In this document: one piece after another, positions 46,398 to 56,873 of the stretch | Position numbering within the stretch: position 1 is the first letter of the stretch | Layout of the letters: the number at the start of each line of letters is the position of its first letter | From: Candidatus Nomurabacteria bacterium | GTDB taxonomy: Bacteria > Patescibacteriota > Minisyncoccia > Phycocordibacterales > UBA9973 | NCBI GenBank assembly: GCA_023267215.1 | Contig: JAHFNS010000002.1 | Location: forward strand, 256,892 to 320,891 | Length of the DNA: 64,000 bases | Direction: 5' to 3' | The notes under the pieces: generated by a model | The model's input: only the letters and a program-made list of their open reading frames with translations | Database searches by the model: none | What the model was told of the DNA's origin: nothing | Translations under genes and position numbers: made by a program

Positions 46398-49300
46398 ATG
46401 GAAGAAAAAACAAGCAAATCTGAAACAGTGCTTAGAGAAGAGCGGGTTTTGGAATTTTGGAAGAAAAATAATATTTTTCAGAAATCTTTAGAAAAAGAGT
46501 CACCGCTCGGTGAATTTGTTTTTTACGAAGGTCCGCCTACAGCCAATGGCAAGCCGGGTATTCATCATCTAGAAGCTCGAGCATTCAAGGATGCAATTCC
46601 TAGATACAAGACGATGAGAGGGTATCACGTCGGCCGCAAGGGTGGCTGGGATACTCATGGCCTACCAGTAGAACTTCAAGTGGAAAAAAAGTTGGGTCTA
46701 GATTCTAAAATTGCTATCGAAAAATACGGTATTGCGAGATTCAATCAAGAGTGTAAAGAAAGTGTTTGGCAATACACAGACGACTGGAGTAAATTTACTG
46801 AACGCATAGGCTACTTTGTTGATCAAGAAAATGCATATGTCACATATCACAATTCATACATAGAGTCTGTCTGGAATGTTCTGAAGAAAGTTAACGAACA
46901 AAAATTACTCTATAAGGATTATAAGGTTGTTCCATGGTGTCCTAGATGTGGAACAGTTCTTTCTTCTCATGAGCTTGCTCAAGGATATGAGAATATAAAA
47001 GATTTATCAGTTTATGTGAAGTTTAAAATAAAAAATCAAGACAATACTTTTATCCTCGCTTGGACGACGACTCCTTGGACATTGCCGGGCAATGTCGCTC
47101 TGGCTGTCGGGGAAAAGATCGATTATGTAAAGATAGAAAAAGAAAAAGAATTTTTAATATTAGCTAAAGCACGTTTGTCTGTAATTGATGGTGAATATAA
47201 AGTAGTAGAAGAATTTAAAGGGAAAGATTTGCTCGGATTAGAATACGAGCCTCTTTATCCATTTTTACAAGAAACTATTTCGGGAAAAGAAAAAGAAAAA
47301 ATGGATAAAGCATATAAAGTATATGCAGCTGACTTTGTGACCACAGAAGATGGTACTGGGGTGGTGCATACCGCAGTGATGTATGGTCAGGATGACTTCG
47401 TGCTAGGAAACGAGATAGGCTTGCCGAAGCATCATCTTGTAGGCCTCGATGGTAAATTTTTAGAGGGCACCGGATTTTTAGAAGGTAGATTTGTAAGAGA
47501 CGAAGAAGTGGCTGTGGACATTATTAAAGATTTAGCTAATCGTCCTACAGGTCCTCTCTTGTTTAAAAAAGAAAGGTACGAACACTCATACCCGCATTGT
47601 TGGCGTTGTCATACTGCACTCATTTATTACGCTCGAGATTCTTGGTACATAAAAATGTCTGATCCAAAGATCAAAGAAAAAATGATAGAGGAGAATAAAA
47701 GTATAAATTGGGAACCATCCCATATTCGTGATGGACGTTTTGGTGAGTGGTTGAAAGATATTAAAGATTGGGCAATCTCAAGAGAAAGATATTGGGGTAC
47801 GCCTCTTCCTGTCTGGACTTGTGACACTTGTAAAAATATGGAAGTTCTAGGAAGTGTAGAAGATATAAAACAAAGAACTAAAAAATCTGGTAATAAATAT
47901 TTTGTCATGCGACATGGGCAGGCAGAAAATAATATTGAAGATGAAAATAGTATTCATCATAAGGAGCTCAATCATATAGCAAAACTTACAGAAAAAGGGA
48001 AAGTGCAAGTTTTAGAAAATTCTAAAAATTTTAAAGAAAAGATAGATATGGTATTTTGTTCACCATTTCAAAGAGCGAAAGAAACTGCAAAAATAGTTTG
48101 TGAGCAAATTAATTTTCCATTTGATAAAATTGTTTATGATAGTCGAATACAAGAATGGGAATCTAGTTCTCTTTTTGAAGGTAAGAAAAAAGCTGTATTT
48201 AATAAATATTATGATGTAGATTATTTAGATAATCCGACTGAAACATTGCCTGACGGAGAAAGTTTTTCAGAATTAGTGAAAAGAGTTGGTGATTTTATTT
48301 ATGAATTAGAAACAAAATACTCAGGTAAAAATATTTTAATTTTTGGACATGGAAGTGCCACCAATGCTTTGAGTTTTGTAGTTCAAGGATTCTTATTGAA
48401 TTCTTTGTCTAGTAAAAATAATCTATTTAAAGAACTTCAAAATGCAGAAATTAAAAAATTTGATTTTGTTTTACTTCCACACAATGAAAATTATGAATTG
48501 GATTTACATAGACCATATGTTGATGAAATAGAACTTATTTGTAAATGTGGAGGAAAATTGGTACGCACAAAAGAAGTCATGGATGTATGGCTCGATTCTG
48601 GTGCTATGCCTTTTGCTCAGAGTCACTATCCTTTTGAAAATAAAGAATGGGTGGACGGAGTAGGTTACCCAGCAGATTTTATTTCTGAAGCCATAGATCA
48701 GACTCGTGGATGGTTTTACACCTTGCATGCAGTTGGAGTTTTGATGGGACGTGGAAAAGCATTTAAAAATGTTATTTGTTTAGGACATTTACTTGATGCA
48801 AAAGGGAAGAAGATGTCTAAATCTTTAGGTAATGTCGTCGACCCTTGGGTAATGATAGAAAAATATGGAGCGGATACGTTACGACTATGGATGTATTCTG
48901 TAAATCAGCCAGGTGAGTCTAAAAATTTTGATGAAAAGACAGTGCTCGAACTTCATAGACAAATATTCGGCCTACTTTACAATGTTTTGGTTTTCTATGA
49001 TCTCTATCGAGATCCTCAATTAGAAGTTTCTGAGTACAAAAAATCAGATGATGTTTTAGACCAATGGATTTCAGCTAGACTTGATGAATTGATAAAAGTT
49101 TCTACAGAAAATCTAGACAATTACAAACTTCTCGAACCTACGAGAGCTGTTCGTGATTTCATCGGTGATCTTTCTACTTGGTATCTACGTCGATCACGCG
49201 ACAGAATAAAAGATGGAGACAAAGGTGCAAAACAAACCTTATATTATGTCTTGAAAAATATTGCGAAGATCATGGCGCCATTTGCCCCGTTTGCAGCTGA

Positions 49301-49868
49301 AGATATATGGTTGAAATTGAAAAATGAAAAAGATGAAGAAAGTGTACACTTAGCAAGTTGGCCTACGGTAGAAAAAGTTGATGAAAAAATAATAGAAGAT
49401 ATGGAGAAAGTTCGAGAGATAGTTTCTCTTGGGCTCGAAGCTAGACAAAAATCAGGAATAAAAGTTCGTCAGCCGTTAGCTACTTTAAAATTTAAAGTTC
49501 AAGGAAAGCTTTCAGATGAACTGACTTCTCTTATCAAAGATGAAGTGAATGTGAAAGAAGTAGTCTTTGATGAAAAAATAGAAAATGAAGTCTTTCTTGA
49601 TACAAAAATCTCAGAAGAACTAAAAGAAGAGGGAAGCTATCGCGAACTCGTGAGAGGAATCCAAGATATGCGTAAAAAAATGGGGCTTACTCCTAGTGAC
49701 GTTGTCTCTATATCTGTCGACACCAGTGATGAAGGTAAAAAATTGATTCAAAAGTTCGAAAAAGATCTCTCAAAAGTAATCCTTGCTTCAAAAATAGAGT
49801 TTAAACCAAACGAAGGGGAAGAAATAAAAGTAGACGAACTAGTATTTAAAGTAAAAATAGAAAAGTAG
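46398..49868 (+). CDS. ileS: Isoleucine--tRNA ligase carrying an in-frame ~200-aa histidine-phosphatase (PGAM-like) domain insertion (about 47890-48500)
   Basis: Class I HIGH (PPTANGKPGIHHLE), the editing domain, WAISRERYWGTPLP, KMSKS (GKKMSKSLGN) and an anticodon-binding C-terminus. The inserted block has RHGQAENN, LTEKGKVQ, CSPFQRAKETA and ILIFGHGSATNAL, and lies between VLGSVEDI and DLHRPYVD. Confidence 0.85.
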   Translation: MEEKTSKSETVLREERVLEFWKKNNIFQKSLEKESPLGEFVFYEGPPTANGKPGIHHLEARAFKDAIPRYKTMRGYHVGRKGGWDTHGLPVELQVEKKLGLDSKIAIEKYGIARFNQECKESVWQYTDDWSKFTERIGYFVDQENAYVTYHNSYIESVWNVLKKVNEQKLLYKDYKVVPWCPRCGTVLSSHELAQGYENIKDLSVYVKFKIKNQDNTFILAWTTTPWTLPGNVALAVGEKIDYVKIEKEKEFLILAKARLSVIDGEYKVVEEFKGKDLLGLEYEPLYPFLQETISGKEKEKMDKAYKVYAADFVTTEDGTGVVHTAVMYGQDDFVLGNEIGLPKHHLVGLDGKFLEGTGFLEGRFVRDEEVAVDIIKDLANRPTGPLLFKKERYEHSYPHCWRCHTALIYYARDSWYIKMSDPKIKEKMIEENKSINWEPSHIRDGRFGEWLKDIKDWAISRERYWGTPLPVWTCDTCKNMEVLGSVEDIKQRTKKSGNKYFVMRHGQAENNIEDENSIHHKELNHIAKLTEKGKVQVLENSKNFKEKIDMVFCSPFQRAKETAKIVCEQINFPFDKIVYDSRIQEWESSSLFEGKKKAVFNKYYDVDYLDNPTETLPDGESFSELVKRVGDFIYELETKYSGKNILIFGHGSATNALSFVVQGFLLNSLSSKNNLFKELQNAEIKKFDFVLLPHNENYELDLHRPYVDEIELICKCGGKLVRTKEVMDVWLDSGAMPFAQSHYPFENKEWVDGVGYPADFISEAIDQTRGWFYTLHAVGVLMGRGKAFKNVICLGHLLDAKGKKMSKSLGNVVDPWVMIEKYGADTLRLWMYSVNQPGESKNFDEKTVLELHRQIFGLLYNVLVFYDLYRDPQLEVSEYKKSDDVLDQWISARLDELIKVSTENLDNYKLLEPTRAVRDFIGDLSTWYLRRSRDRIKDGDKGAKQTLYYVLKNIAKIMAPFAPFAAEDIWLKLKNEKDEESVHLASWPTVEKVDEKIIEDMEKVREIVSLGLEARQKSGIKVRQPLATLKFKVQGKLSDELTSLIKDEVNVKEVVFDEKIENEVFLDTKISEELKEEGSYRELVRGIQDMRKKMGLTPSDVVSISVDTSDEGKKLIQKFEKDLSKVILASKIEFKPNEGEEIKVDELVFKVKIEK

Positions 49869-49880
49869 TATAATTTAAAT

Positions 49881-50435
49881 ATGGAAGACTTTTTAATAGA
49901 AGCTAGAAAATTAGCATATAGTGAAACGGATAAAAATGATACTCCTCCGGTACCTATACTGAATTTATCCACAAACAAAGGTAAAGAAATTGCTCAAAAA
50001 CTAGGTGCGAATGTAGATATAGTTGAAGCTGGTACTTTACTTATGGATTGTGCTCTAGGTAGAGCCTTAAAAGAAAATCGCAGGGAAGAGCATGTCAAAA
50101 TGTCTTTAGATTTGGCTAACGAATTACTAATAAAATCTACTATAAATGAAGACGAAAAAGAAAATATCCGTCGTTGTATTTTACAACATCATGGAGTAGA
50201 TAAATTTTATTCTTTAGAATCAGAGATTTGTTGTAATGCAGACTGTTATAGATTTATTTCTTTGAAAGGATTTATTATGCAAGCTCGATATGGTAGAGAT
50301 ATGTCTTTTGAGGAAATGGTTGAGTTGTTCAAAGAAAAAGTGGATGAAAAATGGAATGCAATAAGCATCCCGTTTGTTCGAGAAGAACTAAGTCCTCAAC
50401 ACAAAATTATTCTTGAAATGTTAAAGGTTTTGTAA
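49881..50435 (+). CDS. Hypothetical protein
   Basis: ORF; no confident motif. Confidence 0.35.
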   Translation: MEDFLIEARKLAYSETDKNDTPPVPILNLSTNKGKEIAQKLGANVDIVEAGTLLMDCALGRALKENRREEHVKMSLDLANELLIKSTINEDEKENIRRCILQHHGVDKFYSLESEICCNADCYRFISLKGFIMQARYGRDMSFEEMVELFKEKVDEKWNAISIPFVREELSPQHKIILEMLKVL

Positions 50436-50446
50436 AAATAAAGTAG

Positions 50447-51079
50447 ATGAAAATTTTTAAATTTGAACAATCTGGTTTTATTCTAGAAACTGAAAAAGGT
50501 TTTCGTGTGGCTTTTGATATAGGTAATAAAACACCAATTGAAAAACTTGAAAATGTGAAAGTAGATGCGATGTTTGTAACCCATATTCATGGGGACCATT
50601 TTTCTTTAGAGCAAATTAAAAAATTATCTCCAAAAAAATTATATTTAGGAGAACAGTGTAAAGAAGCTCTTGGTAAATATTCACCTCCTTTTGAAACCAT
50701 AGAAGTGAAAGCTGACAATCAAGTTAATATCGAAGATATAAAAATTAAAATTTTTGATGTAGATCATGGTCCTAATGTTACTGCCCCGGTAAAGCAAAAT
50801 TTTGGTTTTTTGATAGTAGTAGATAATAAAAAAATATATTTTGCTGGTGAAATGTTTTATGAATCTGGTATTAGTGTTTCAAATCTAGAAGTTGATTATG
50901 CTTTTTTCCCAATAGGAACTTTTTATACATTTGGCCCTAAAGAGGCATTTGCCTTTGCAAAAAAATTTAAAAAAATTGGAGAAATTATACCAATGCATTA
51001 TGAAAAAACGCCAGAAACAAAAATTGAGTTTTTAAACTTAATAAAAGGTTATTTTAATATAAGCCAATTTACTATATAA
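50447..51079 (+). CDS. MBL-fold metallo-hydrolase
   Basis: VTHIHGDHF motif. Confidence 0.55.
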   Translation: MKIFKFEQSGFILETEKGFRVAFDIGNKTPIEKLENVKVDAMFVTHIHGDHFSLEQIKKLSPKKLYLGEQCKEALGKYSPPFETIEVKADNQVNIEDIKIKIFDVDHGPNVTAPVKQNFGFLIVVDNKKIYFAGEMFYESGISVSNLEVDYAFFPIGTFYTFGPKEAFAFAKKFKKIGEIIPMHYEKTPETKIEFLNLIKGYFNISQFTI

Positions 51080-51086
51080 TTTATCT

Positions 51087-51671
51087 ATGAAAAAAGTATT
51101 TATAATACATGGTTTTGGTGGAATTCCAAATGGAGGCTGGATTCCATGGTTAATGGAGGAGTTGGCTAAAGAAAAAATTTATGCCTGTGCTTTGCCTATG
51201 CCAGAATCAAAAAAACCTATTGTTTCCAAGTGGACAGAAGAGATTGTTCATGCGATAGAGAACTCAACAGAAGATGAAATTTATCTAATAGGGCACAGCT
51301 TAGGTGCTTCCGCTATCTTGAAATTTCTTGAATCTTACGATGGCAATAAAAAAATTTCAGGTGTTGTTTTGATGTCTGGCTTGATTAGTCCATTGGAAGC
51401 TCTAGATCCTGAAAGTAAATATCGTTTAATAGATTCTTTTGTTGTCCCACCAATAAATTTTGAAAATATAAAAAATAAGGCGGATAAATTTACTGTTTTT
51501 CATAGTATTGATGATCCGGCTGTACCATTTTCTCATGCTGAAAAAATATCTAGTGCACTTGATTGCAAACTTACGAAAGTAGAAAAAGGAGGACATTTTT
51601 ATATCCTATCTGAACCTATTTGTTATGAAATACCAGGATTGATCGAAGTCGTGAGAGAAGTTTTAAATTAA
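51087..51671 (+). CDS. Alpha/beta-hydrolase (YdeN/RBBP9-like serine hydrolase)
   Basis: GHSLGAS nucleophile elbow. Confidence 0.55.
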   Translation: MKKVFIIHGFGGIPNGGWIPWLMEELAKEKIYACALPMPESKKPIVSKWTEEIVHAIENSTEDEIYLIGHSLGASAILKFLESYDGNKKISGVVLMSGLISPLEALDPESKYRLIDSFVVPPINFENIKNKADKFTVFHSIDDPAVPFSHAEKISSALDCKLTKVEKGGHFYILSEPICYEIPGLIEVVREVLN

Positions 51672-52249
51672 TGCATCATATATACCATACAGAAGGAATA
51701 ATATTGAGTAGTGGGAACTTCGGCGAAACGGGGAAGTACTATTCTATTTTCACTCGCGACTTAGGGATGATATACGCTAGTGCCCAAGGTGTGCGAAAGA
51801 TATCTTCAAAACTTCGTTTTGTTTTGCAAGATTTCTCATATTTGAAAATTGATTTAGTTAAAGGAAAAGATTTCTGGAGAATCACAAGTGTATCGAAAAC
51901 AAATGAACTTGAAAATTTATCGAGGACTGGAACCTTCGAAGTTTTTGTAAATATTTCAAAATTATTAAAAAGACTTCTGGCTGGCGAGGATAGAAATGAA
52001 GAATTATTTATTGATCTTTTAAAAGGTCTATCCATCTTAAATAAATCTGAGACGAATGAAGAGTTGCGTAGTATCGAGGCCATCATAGTATTGCGTATCT
52101 TAAACAACCTAGGATATATAGGAGGGAATGAAGTTTTGAAAGATTTTATAAAATCTCCTTTCGAGGAAGAATTGATATTCAAAGTGCCCGAAAGTAGAGC
52201 TAAAATATTACATCAAATAAACAAAGCACTCAAAGAAACACATTTATAA
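51671..52249 (+). CDS. recO: DNA repair protein RecO (compact)
   Basis: N-terminal OB-fold signature EGIILSSGNFGETGKYYSIFTRDLGMIYASAQGVRK. Confidence 0.6.
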   Translation: MHHIYHTEGIILSSGNFGETGKYYSIFTRDLGMIYASAQGVRKISSKLRFVLQDFSYLKIDLVKGKDFWRITSVSKTNELENLSRTGTFEVFVNISKLLKRLLAGEDRNEELFIDLLKGLSILNKSETNEELRSIEAIIVLRILNNLGYIGGNEVLKDFIKSPFEEELIFKVPESRAKILHQINKALKETHL

Positions 52250-52299
52250 GTATTTTTTTGAGAGTTTTTAAATCTCATTTTTAATGTTATAATTAAAAG

Positions 52300-54231
52300 A
52301 TGTTATCTCGCGATAGAAATAAATTAAACAGAATAGAAGAATTGAAAAGCAAACTGTTTGATAAAGATTTTAAAGTAAAAATGGAACATCGTGATAACTT
52401 TCCTCATTTTCAACAAAAAGAAGTGATGGATTCTTGGGGAGAAAATGAAAGTGTAGAGACGAATTTTGAAGAAAATTTTTTTATGAAAACATCCATGTTT
52501 AAAAAATTTTTTATATTTTCAGTTGCTTTTTTTGTTCTAGCTGTGGGTTACGCTGCTTATGTGTTTTTTGCTAATAGCAACTCTGTTTCTAATGATAATA
52601 TTGATATCACTGTACAAAGCAATGCTTTTACTAACGGCGGAGAAGATTACCCTCTCTTGCTTGAAATAGCCAATAGAAACAGTTCACCGATTTTGTTGGC
52701 TGACTTAGTAATAGAATATCCAAAAAGTTCACAATCTGATTTATCAAAAGACAATGAACATTTACGTATTTCTTTAGGAACGATTCCAGCGGGGGGAGTA
52801 AAAAATGAAAATGTGAAGTTGGTATTTTTTGGTGAACAAGGGAGTGTCCGTCCAATAAATATTTCTCTTGAATATAGAGTTGAAGGTTCTAACGCTATTT
52901 TTGTCAAAGAAAAACCTTATGAAATTTCTATAAATTCCACACCGATAAATCTTTCTGTCGATGCACCTACTGAGGTGAATACAAATCAAGATATCACCTT
53001 GGGAGTAAAAGCTACTTTGAATTCAACGAAGGCTGTTTCTGGTATGCTTTTAAAAATTGATTACCCGATTGGTTTTCAATTTACTAAAGCAACGCCTTCA
53101 CCTTCAATAGGGAATAATGTTTGGGATTTGGGAGATATTACCCCTGGAACAGAACGAAATATTTCTATTTCTGGAAAAATGGTTGATGTTTTTGACGGAG
53201 AAGAGAAAGTTTTTCGTGTTTGGAGTGGAACTCAATCTTCTTCAGATAAATCATCGATTGATGTTGTTTTCAATTCTCTAGAACATATTGTCGCTATAAA
53301 AAAATCTTCAATTGAGGCAAAGCTTTTAGTCAACGGAGTTTTAAATAGTGAGTATGCAGTAGATACAAAAACCGGGGTTCAAGGGCAAATACAATGGACC
53401 AATAATTTAGAAACGAAAATAAATGATTTAAAAATTATAGCAAAAATTTATGGTAACGCGCTTGATCGCAAATCAATATCGGCCAAAGAAGGTTTTTATG
53501 ACTCTACTCAAGATTCTATTATTTGGGATAAAAATTCACAAAGCAAGTTTGCAGAAATAAATCCTGGTGATTCTGGGGTTGTCTCTTTTTCTCTTTCTCC
53601 ACTTTCACTTTTTGGAGCACAAGGCGGAATGATTTCTTCTCCCACTATAAATATAGATGTATCAATAACAGGGAGACAGTCAGAAGGAGGTGATCTGGCG
53701 ACAAATTTAAGCAGTCAAGAATCTAAAGTTATCAAAATAATTTCGGATATTGGTTTTTCTTCTAAGGCGCTTTATTATTCTGGGCCATTTAAAAATACTG
53801 GACCAATTCCTCCAAAAGTCGGAGAAAAAACTCTCTATACTATTACTTGGTCTCTTTCAAATACAGCTAATAATATTTCTAAAGCGCAGGTCTCTTCTTC
53901 TATTCCTTCTTGGATTCGATTTGTTGGAACAACAACTCCTCTTTCAGAAGATTTGGTTTATAATCCTTCTACCAGAGAAATAATTTGGAACGCTGGGACA
54001 GTATTAAAAGGAACTGGAATTACCGGAGAAAATAAAGAAGTTTCTTTTCAAGTTGAACTCACCCCTTCTCTTTCTCAAGTTAACACAGCACCTATTATTA
54101 TAAATAGTGCAATTTTGACCGGACACGATGATTTTGCTAATGTTGATGTAAAGGTTAGTAAGACATCTTTGGATGCTAGACTTTTAGGAGATTCAAGTTT
54201 TCCGCCTAATGGAGGCAAAGTAGTCGATTAG
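52300..54231 (+). CDS. Hypothetical membrane-anchored surface protein with DUF11/CARDB-like beta-sandwich repeats
   Basis: A single TM helix at about residues 70-90, and repeated V.DLGDI.PG...N..ISG-type segments. Confidence 0.45.
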   Translation: MLSRDRNKLNRIEELKSKLFDKDFKVKMEHRDNFPHFQQKEVMDSWGENESVETNFEENFFMKTSMFKKFFIFSVAFFVLAVGYAAYVFFANSNSVSNDNIDITVQSNAFTNGGEDYPLLLEIANRNSSPILLADLVIEYPKSSQSDLSKDNEHLRISLGTIPAGGVKNENVKLVFFGEQGSVRPINISLEYRVEGSNAIFVKEKPYEISINSTPINLSVDAPTEVNTNQDITLGVKATLNSTKAVSGMLLKIDYPIGFQFTKATPSPSIGNNVWDLGDITPGTERNISISGKMVDVFDGEEKVFRVWSGTQSSSDKSSIDVVFNSLEHIVAIKKSSIEAKLLVNGVLNSEYAVDTKTGVQGQIQWTNNLETKINDLKIIAKIYGNALDRKSISAKEGFYDSTQDSIIWDKNSQSKFAEINPGDSGVVSFSLSPLSLFGAQGGMISSPTINIDVSITGRQSEGGDLATNLSSQESKVIKIISDIGFSSKALYYSGPFKNTGPIPPKVGEKTLYTITWSLSNTANNISKAQVSSSIPSWIRFVGTTTPLSEDLVYNPSTREIIWNAGTVLKGTGITGENKEVSFQVELTPSLSQVNTAPIIINSAILTGHDDFANVDVKVSKTSLDARLLGDSSFPPNGGKVVD

Positions 54232-54266
54232 TCTTTTAAACTTAGCTTAAGATACACAGATAAAAT

Positions 54267-55586
54267 ATGAAAGAAGAAAAAAACAATTTAATGGAAAAAA
54301 TAGTTTCGCTTTGTAAAAGACGAGGTTTTATTTTTCCAGGTTCGGAGATTTATGGAGGACTAGCGGGGACTTATGATTATGGTCCTCTTGGTTCTTTATT
54401 AAAAAAGAATATAGAAGATTCCTGGTTAGATTATTTTATTCGCAGTAGAGAAAATATTTATTTAATAGATACTCCAATTTTAATGCATCCAAGAGTTTGG
54501 GAAGCTTCTGGTCATGTAGAAAATTTTGTCGATCCAGTTTCTAAATGCAAAACTTGTGGAAATAGTTTTCGTTCTGATCAAATAGAAGATAAAGAAAAAT
54601 GTCCAAATTGTGGTGGAAAACTTTCTAATCCAAATAATTTTAATTTAATGCTTGAAACAAAAATGGGAGCTTCAGAAGAAACAGCCATTAAAACTTTTTT
54701 GAGGCCTGAAGAAGCTCAAAGTATGTTTGTTAATTTTAAAAATGTTTTACAATCAATGTCTCCTAAAGTTCCTTTTGGTATTGCACAGATAGGTAAAGCA
54801 TTCAGAAATGAAATAACTCCAAGAGATTTTACTTATAGATTACGTGAATTTGAGATAATGGAATTTGAATATTTTATTCACCCCGATGCTCCATGGGAAG
54901 CTCTCTTTGATAATTTCTTACTAGAACAAAAAGAATGGCTTTCTAGAATTGGAGTTGATGTAACAAAACTTCATCCATTGGAACATCCAGAAAATGGTCG
55001 TGCTCATTATAGTAAAAAAACTGTTGATTTAGAGTTTGAATATCCTTTTGGTATTAAGGAGCTTACAGGTCTTGCTCATAGAGGTGATTATGATTTAAAA
55101 AGACACCAAGAATTTTCTGGAGAAAAAATGGAAGTATTGGATGATGCAACTGGAGAAAAATTTATTCCGCATGTTTTAGAACCTACTGTCAGCGTAGATA
55201 GAGCCATGCTTGCACTTATTTGTTCTACTTATCGAGAAAGTGGAGAAGGAGATAATATGCGAGTTTATCTAAAATTTCCTCCATCAATTGCTCCATATAA
55301 AGCTTGTGTTTCTCCATTATTAAAAAATAAATCAGAACTTGTGTCTTATGCCAAAAATGTTTTTACAGAATTAAAAAAAGAATTTGGTTGGATAGCTTGG
55401 GATGACAATGGCAATATAGGTAAGCGTTATAGAAGACAAGACGAGATAGGTACGCCATTTTGTATAGTTATAGATTTCGATACATTGACCGACAATATGG
55501 TGACTGTTCGCGATAGGGATACGGGTGAACAAGAGAGAATAAAAGTATCTGATTTGAAAAAATATATACAAGATAAAATAAGTTAA
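54267..55586 (+). CDS. glyQS: Glycine--tRNA ligase (alpha2 dimeric type)
   Basis: N-terminus RRGFIFPGSEIYGGLAGTYDYGPLG, class II motifs, and an insertion with the CxxC..CxxC zinc site. Confidence 0.9.
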   Translation: MKEEKNNLMEKIVSLCKRRGFIFPGSEIYGGLAGTYDYGPLGSLLKKNIEDSWLDYFIRSRENIYLIDTPILMHPRVWEASGHVENFVDPVSKCKTCGNSFRSDQIEDKEKCPNCGGKLSNPNNFNLMLETKMGASEETAIKTFLRPEEAQSMFVNFKNVLQSMSPKVPFGIAQIGKAFRNEITPRDFTYRLREFEIMEFEYFIHPDAPWEALFDNFLLEQKEWLSRIGVDVTKLHPLEHPENGRAHYSKKTVDLEFEYPFGIKELTGLAHRGDYDLKRHQEFSGEKMEVLDDATGEKFIPHVLEPTVSVDRAMLALICSTYRESGEGDNMRVYLKFPPSIAPYKACVSPLLKNKSELVSYAKNVFTELKKEFGWIAWDDNGNIGKRYRRQDEIGTPFCIVIDFDTLTDNMVTVRDRDTGEQERIKVSDLKKYIQDKIS

Positions 55587-55599
55587 TCACCACCCCCAA

Positions 55600-56868
55600 A
55601 TGAAATTCAAAAAAACAATTTTAAAAAATGGTTTAAGAATAATAACAGTGCCGATGAAGGACAATCCGACAGCGACTGTTTTGGTATTGGTTGAAGCTGG
55701 TTCTAAATATGAAACAAAAAAAATAAATGGCCTATCGCATTTCTTAGAACATATGTGCTTTAAGGGCACAACTAAAAGGCCAAAAGCGATAGATATTTCT
55801 AAAGAATTAGATGCACTGGGCTCACAATACAATGCTTTCACAGCTCAAGAATACACTGGATATTATGCGAAGTCTGATGCAAAACATTTTAAACAGATTT
55901 TTGATGTGGTTACCGATATCTATTTGAATTCAACTTTTCCAGAAGCTGAAATGCAAAAAGAAAAAGGTGTCATTATCGAAGAAATAAATATGTACGAAGA
56001 TATGCCTAACAGACATGTGCAAGACCTGATGATGGGGCTTCTTTACGGTGATCAACCAGCAGGTTGGAACATTGCTGGAGACAAGAAAAATATTTTAAAT
56101 ATGAAACGTGATGATTTTGTGAAATATAAAAAATCACATTACTTACCAGAAGCCACAGTTATAATAGTTGCGGGCCAGGTGAAGGAGGGTGATGTCTTAA
56201 AAGAAGTTAAAAAAGTTTTTGGTAAAGTCCCAAGTGGAGTGAAAGCCAAAAAGTTGAAAGTCAAAGAAAAACAAACAAAGCCAGAAGTGTTGGTGAGTTA
56301 TAAAAAGACAGATCAGACACATTTTGTATTGGGAGTGCGTAGTCATGATTTATTTAGCAAGAAAAATGCTGTGCTTTCTGTTTTGGGTGGAGTTTTAGGA
56401 GGAGGAATGAGTTCAAGGCTTTTTCAAAAATTGCGTGAAGAAATGGGCGTCGGATATTATGTGCGTGCTTATAACGATTCTTATACTGATCATGGATTTA
56501 TGCAGATTTCTGCTGGAGTAGATAATAAAAGAATAGAAGAAGTTTTGGAGGCTGTACTTTTAGAATGTAAAAAGTTAAAAGAAGAAAAAGTGAGTCTAGA
56601 AGAATTGAATAAAGTAAAAGAATTTCTAATAGGCAATATGAAGCTTTCTTTAGAATCAACAGATGACATCGCAGGTTTCTATGGTTTACAAGAAGTTTTG
56701 AAACGTGAAGTAAAAAAAGCAGAAGAGAAAGCAGAAGAAATTAGGAAAGTAAAAGCAGAGGATATAAAACTTTTAGCTAATACTATTTTCAAAAACGACA
56801 AGCTAAATCTTGCCTTGATTGGACCATTTAAAGATAAAACAAAATTTTCCAAAATACTGAAATTTTAA
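55600..56868 (+). CDS. M16-family (pitrilysin/insulinase) zinc peptidase
   Basis: Inverted zinc motif HFLEHMCFKGT (HxxEH). Confidence 0.8.
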   Translation: MKFKKTILKNGLRIITVPMKDNPTATVLVLVEAGSKYETKKINGLSHFLEHMCFKGTTKRPKAIDISKELDALGSQYNAFTAQEYTGYYAKSDAKHFKQIFDVVTDIYLNSTFPEAEMQKEKGVIIEEINMYEDMPNRHVQDLMMGLLYGDQPAGWNIAGDKKNILNMKRDDFVKYKKSHYLPEATVIIVAGQVKEGDVLKEVKKVFGKVPSGVKAKKLKVKEKQTKPEVLVSYKKTDQTHFVLGVRSHDLFSKKNAVLSVLGGVLGGGMSSRLFQKLREEMGVGYYVRAYNDSYTDHGFMQISAGVDNKRIEEVLEAVLLECKKLKEEKVSLEELNKVKEFLIGNMKLSLESTDDIAGFYGLQEVLKREVKKAEEKAEEIRKVKAEDIKLLANTIFKNDKLNLALIGPFKDKTKFSKILKF

Positions 56869-56873
56869 GTATT

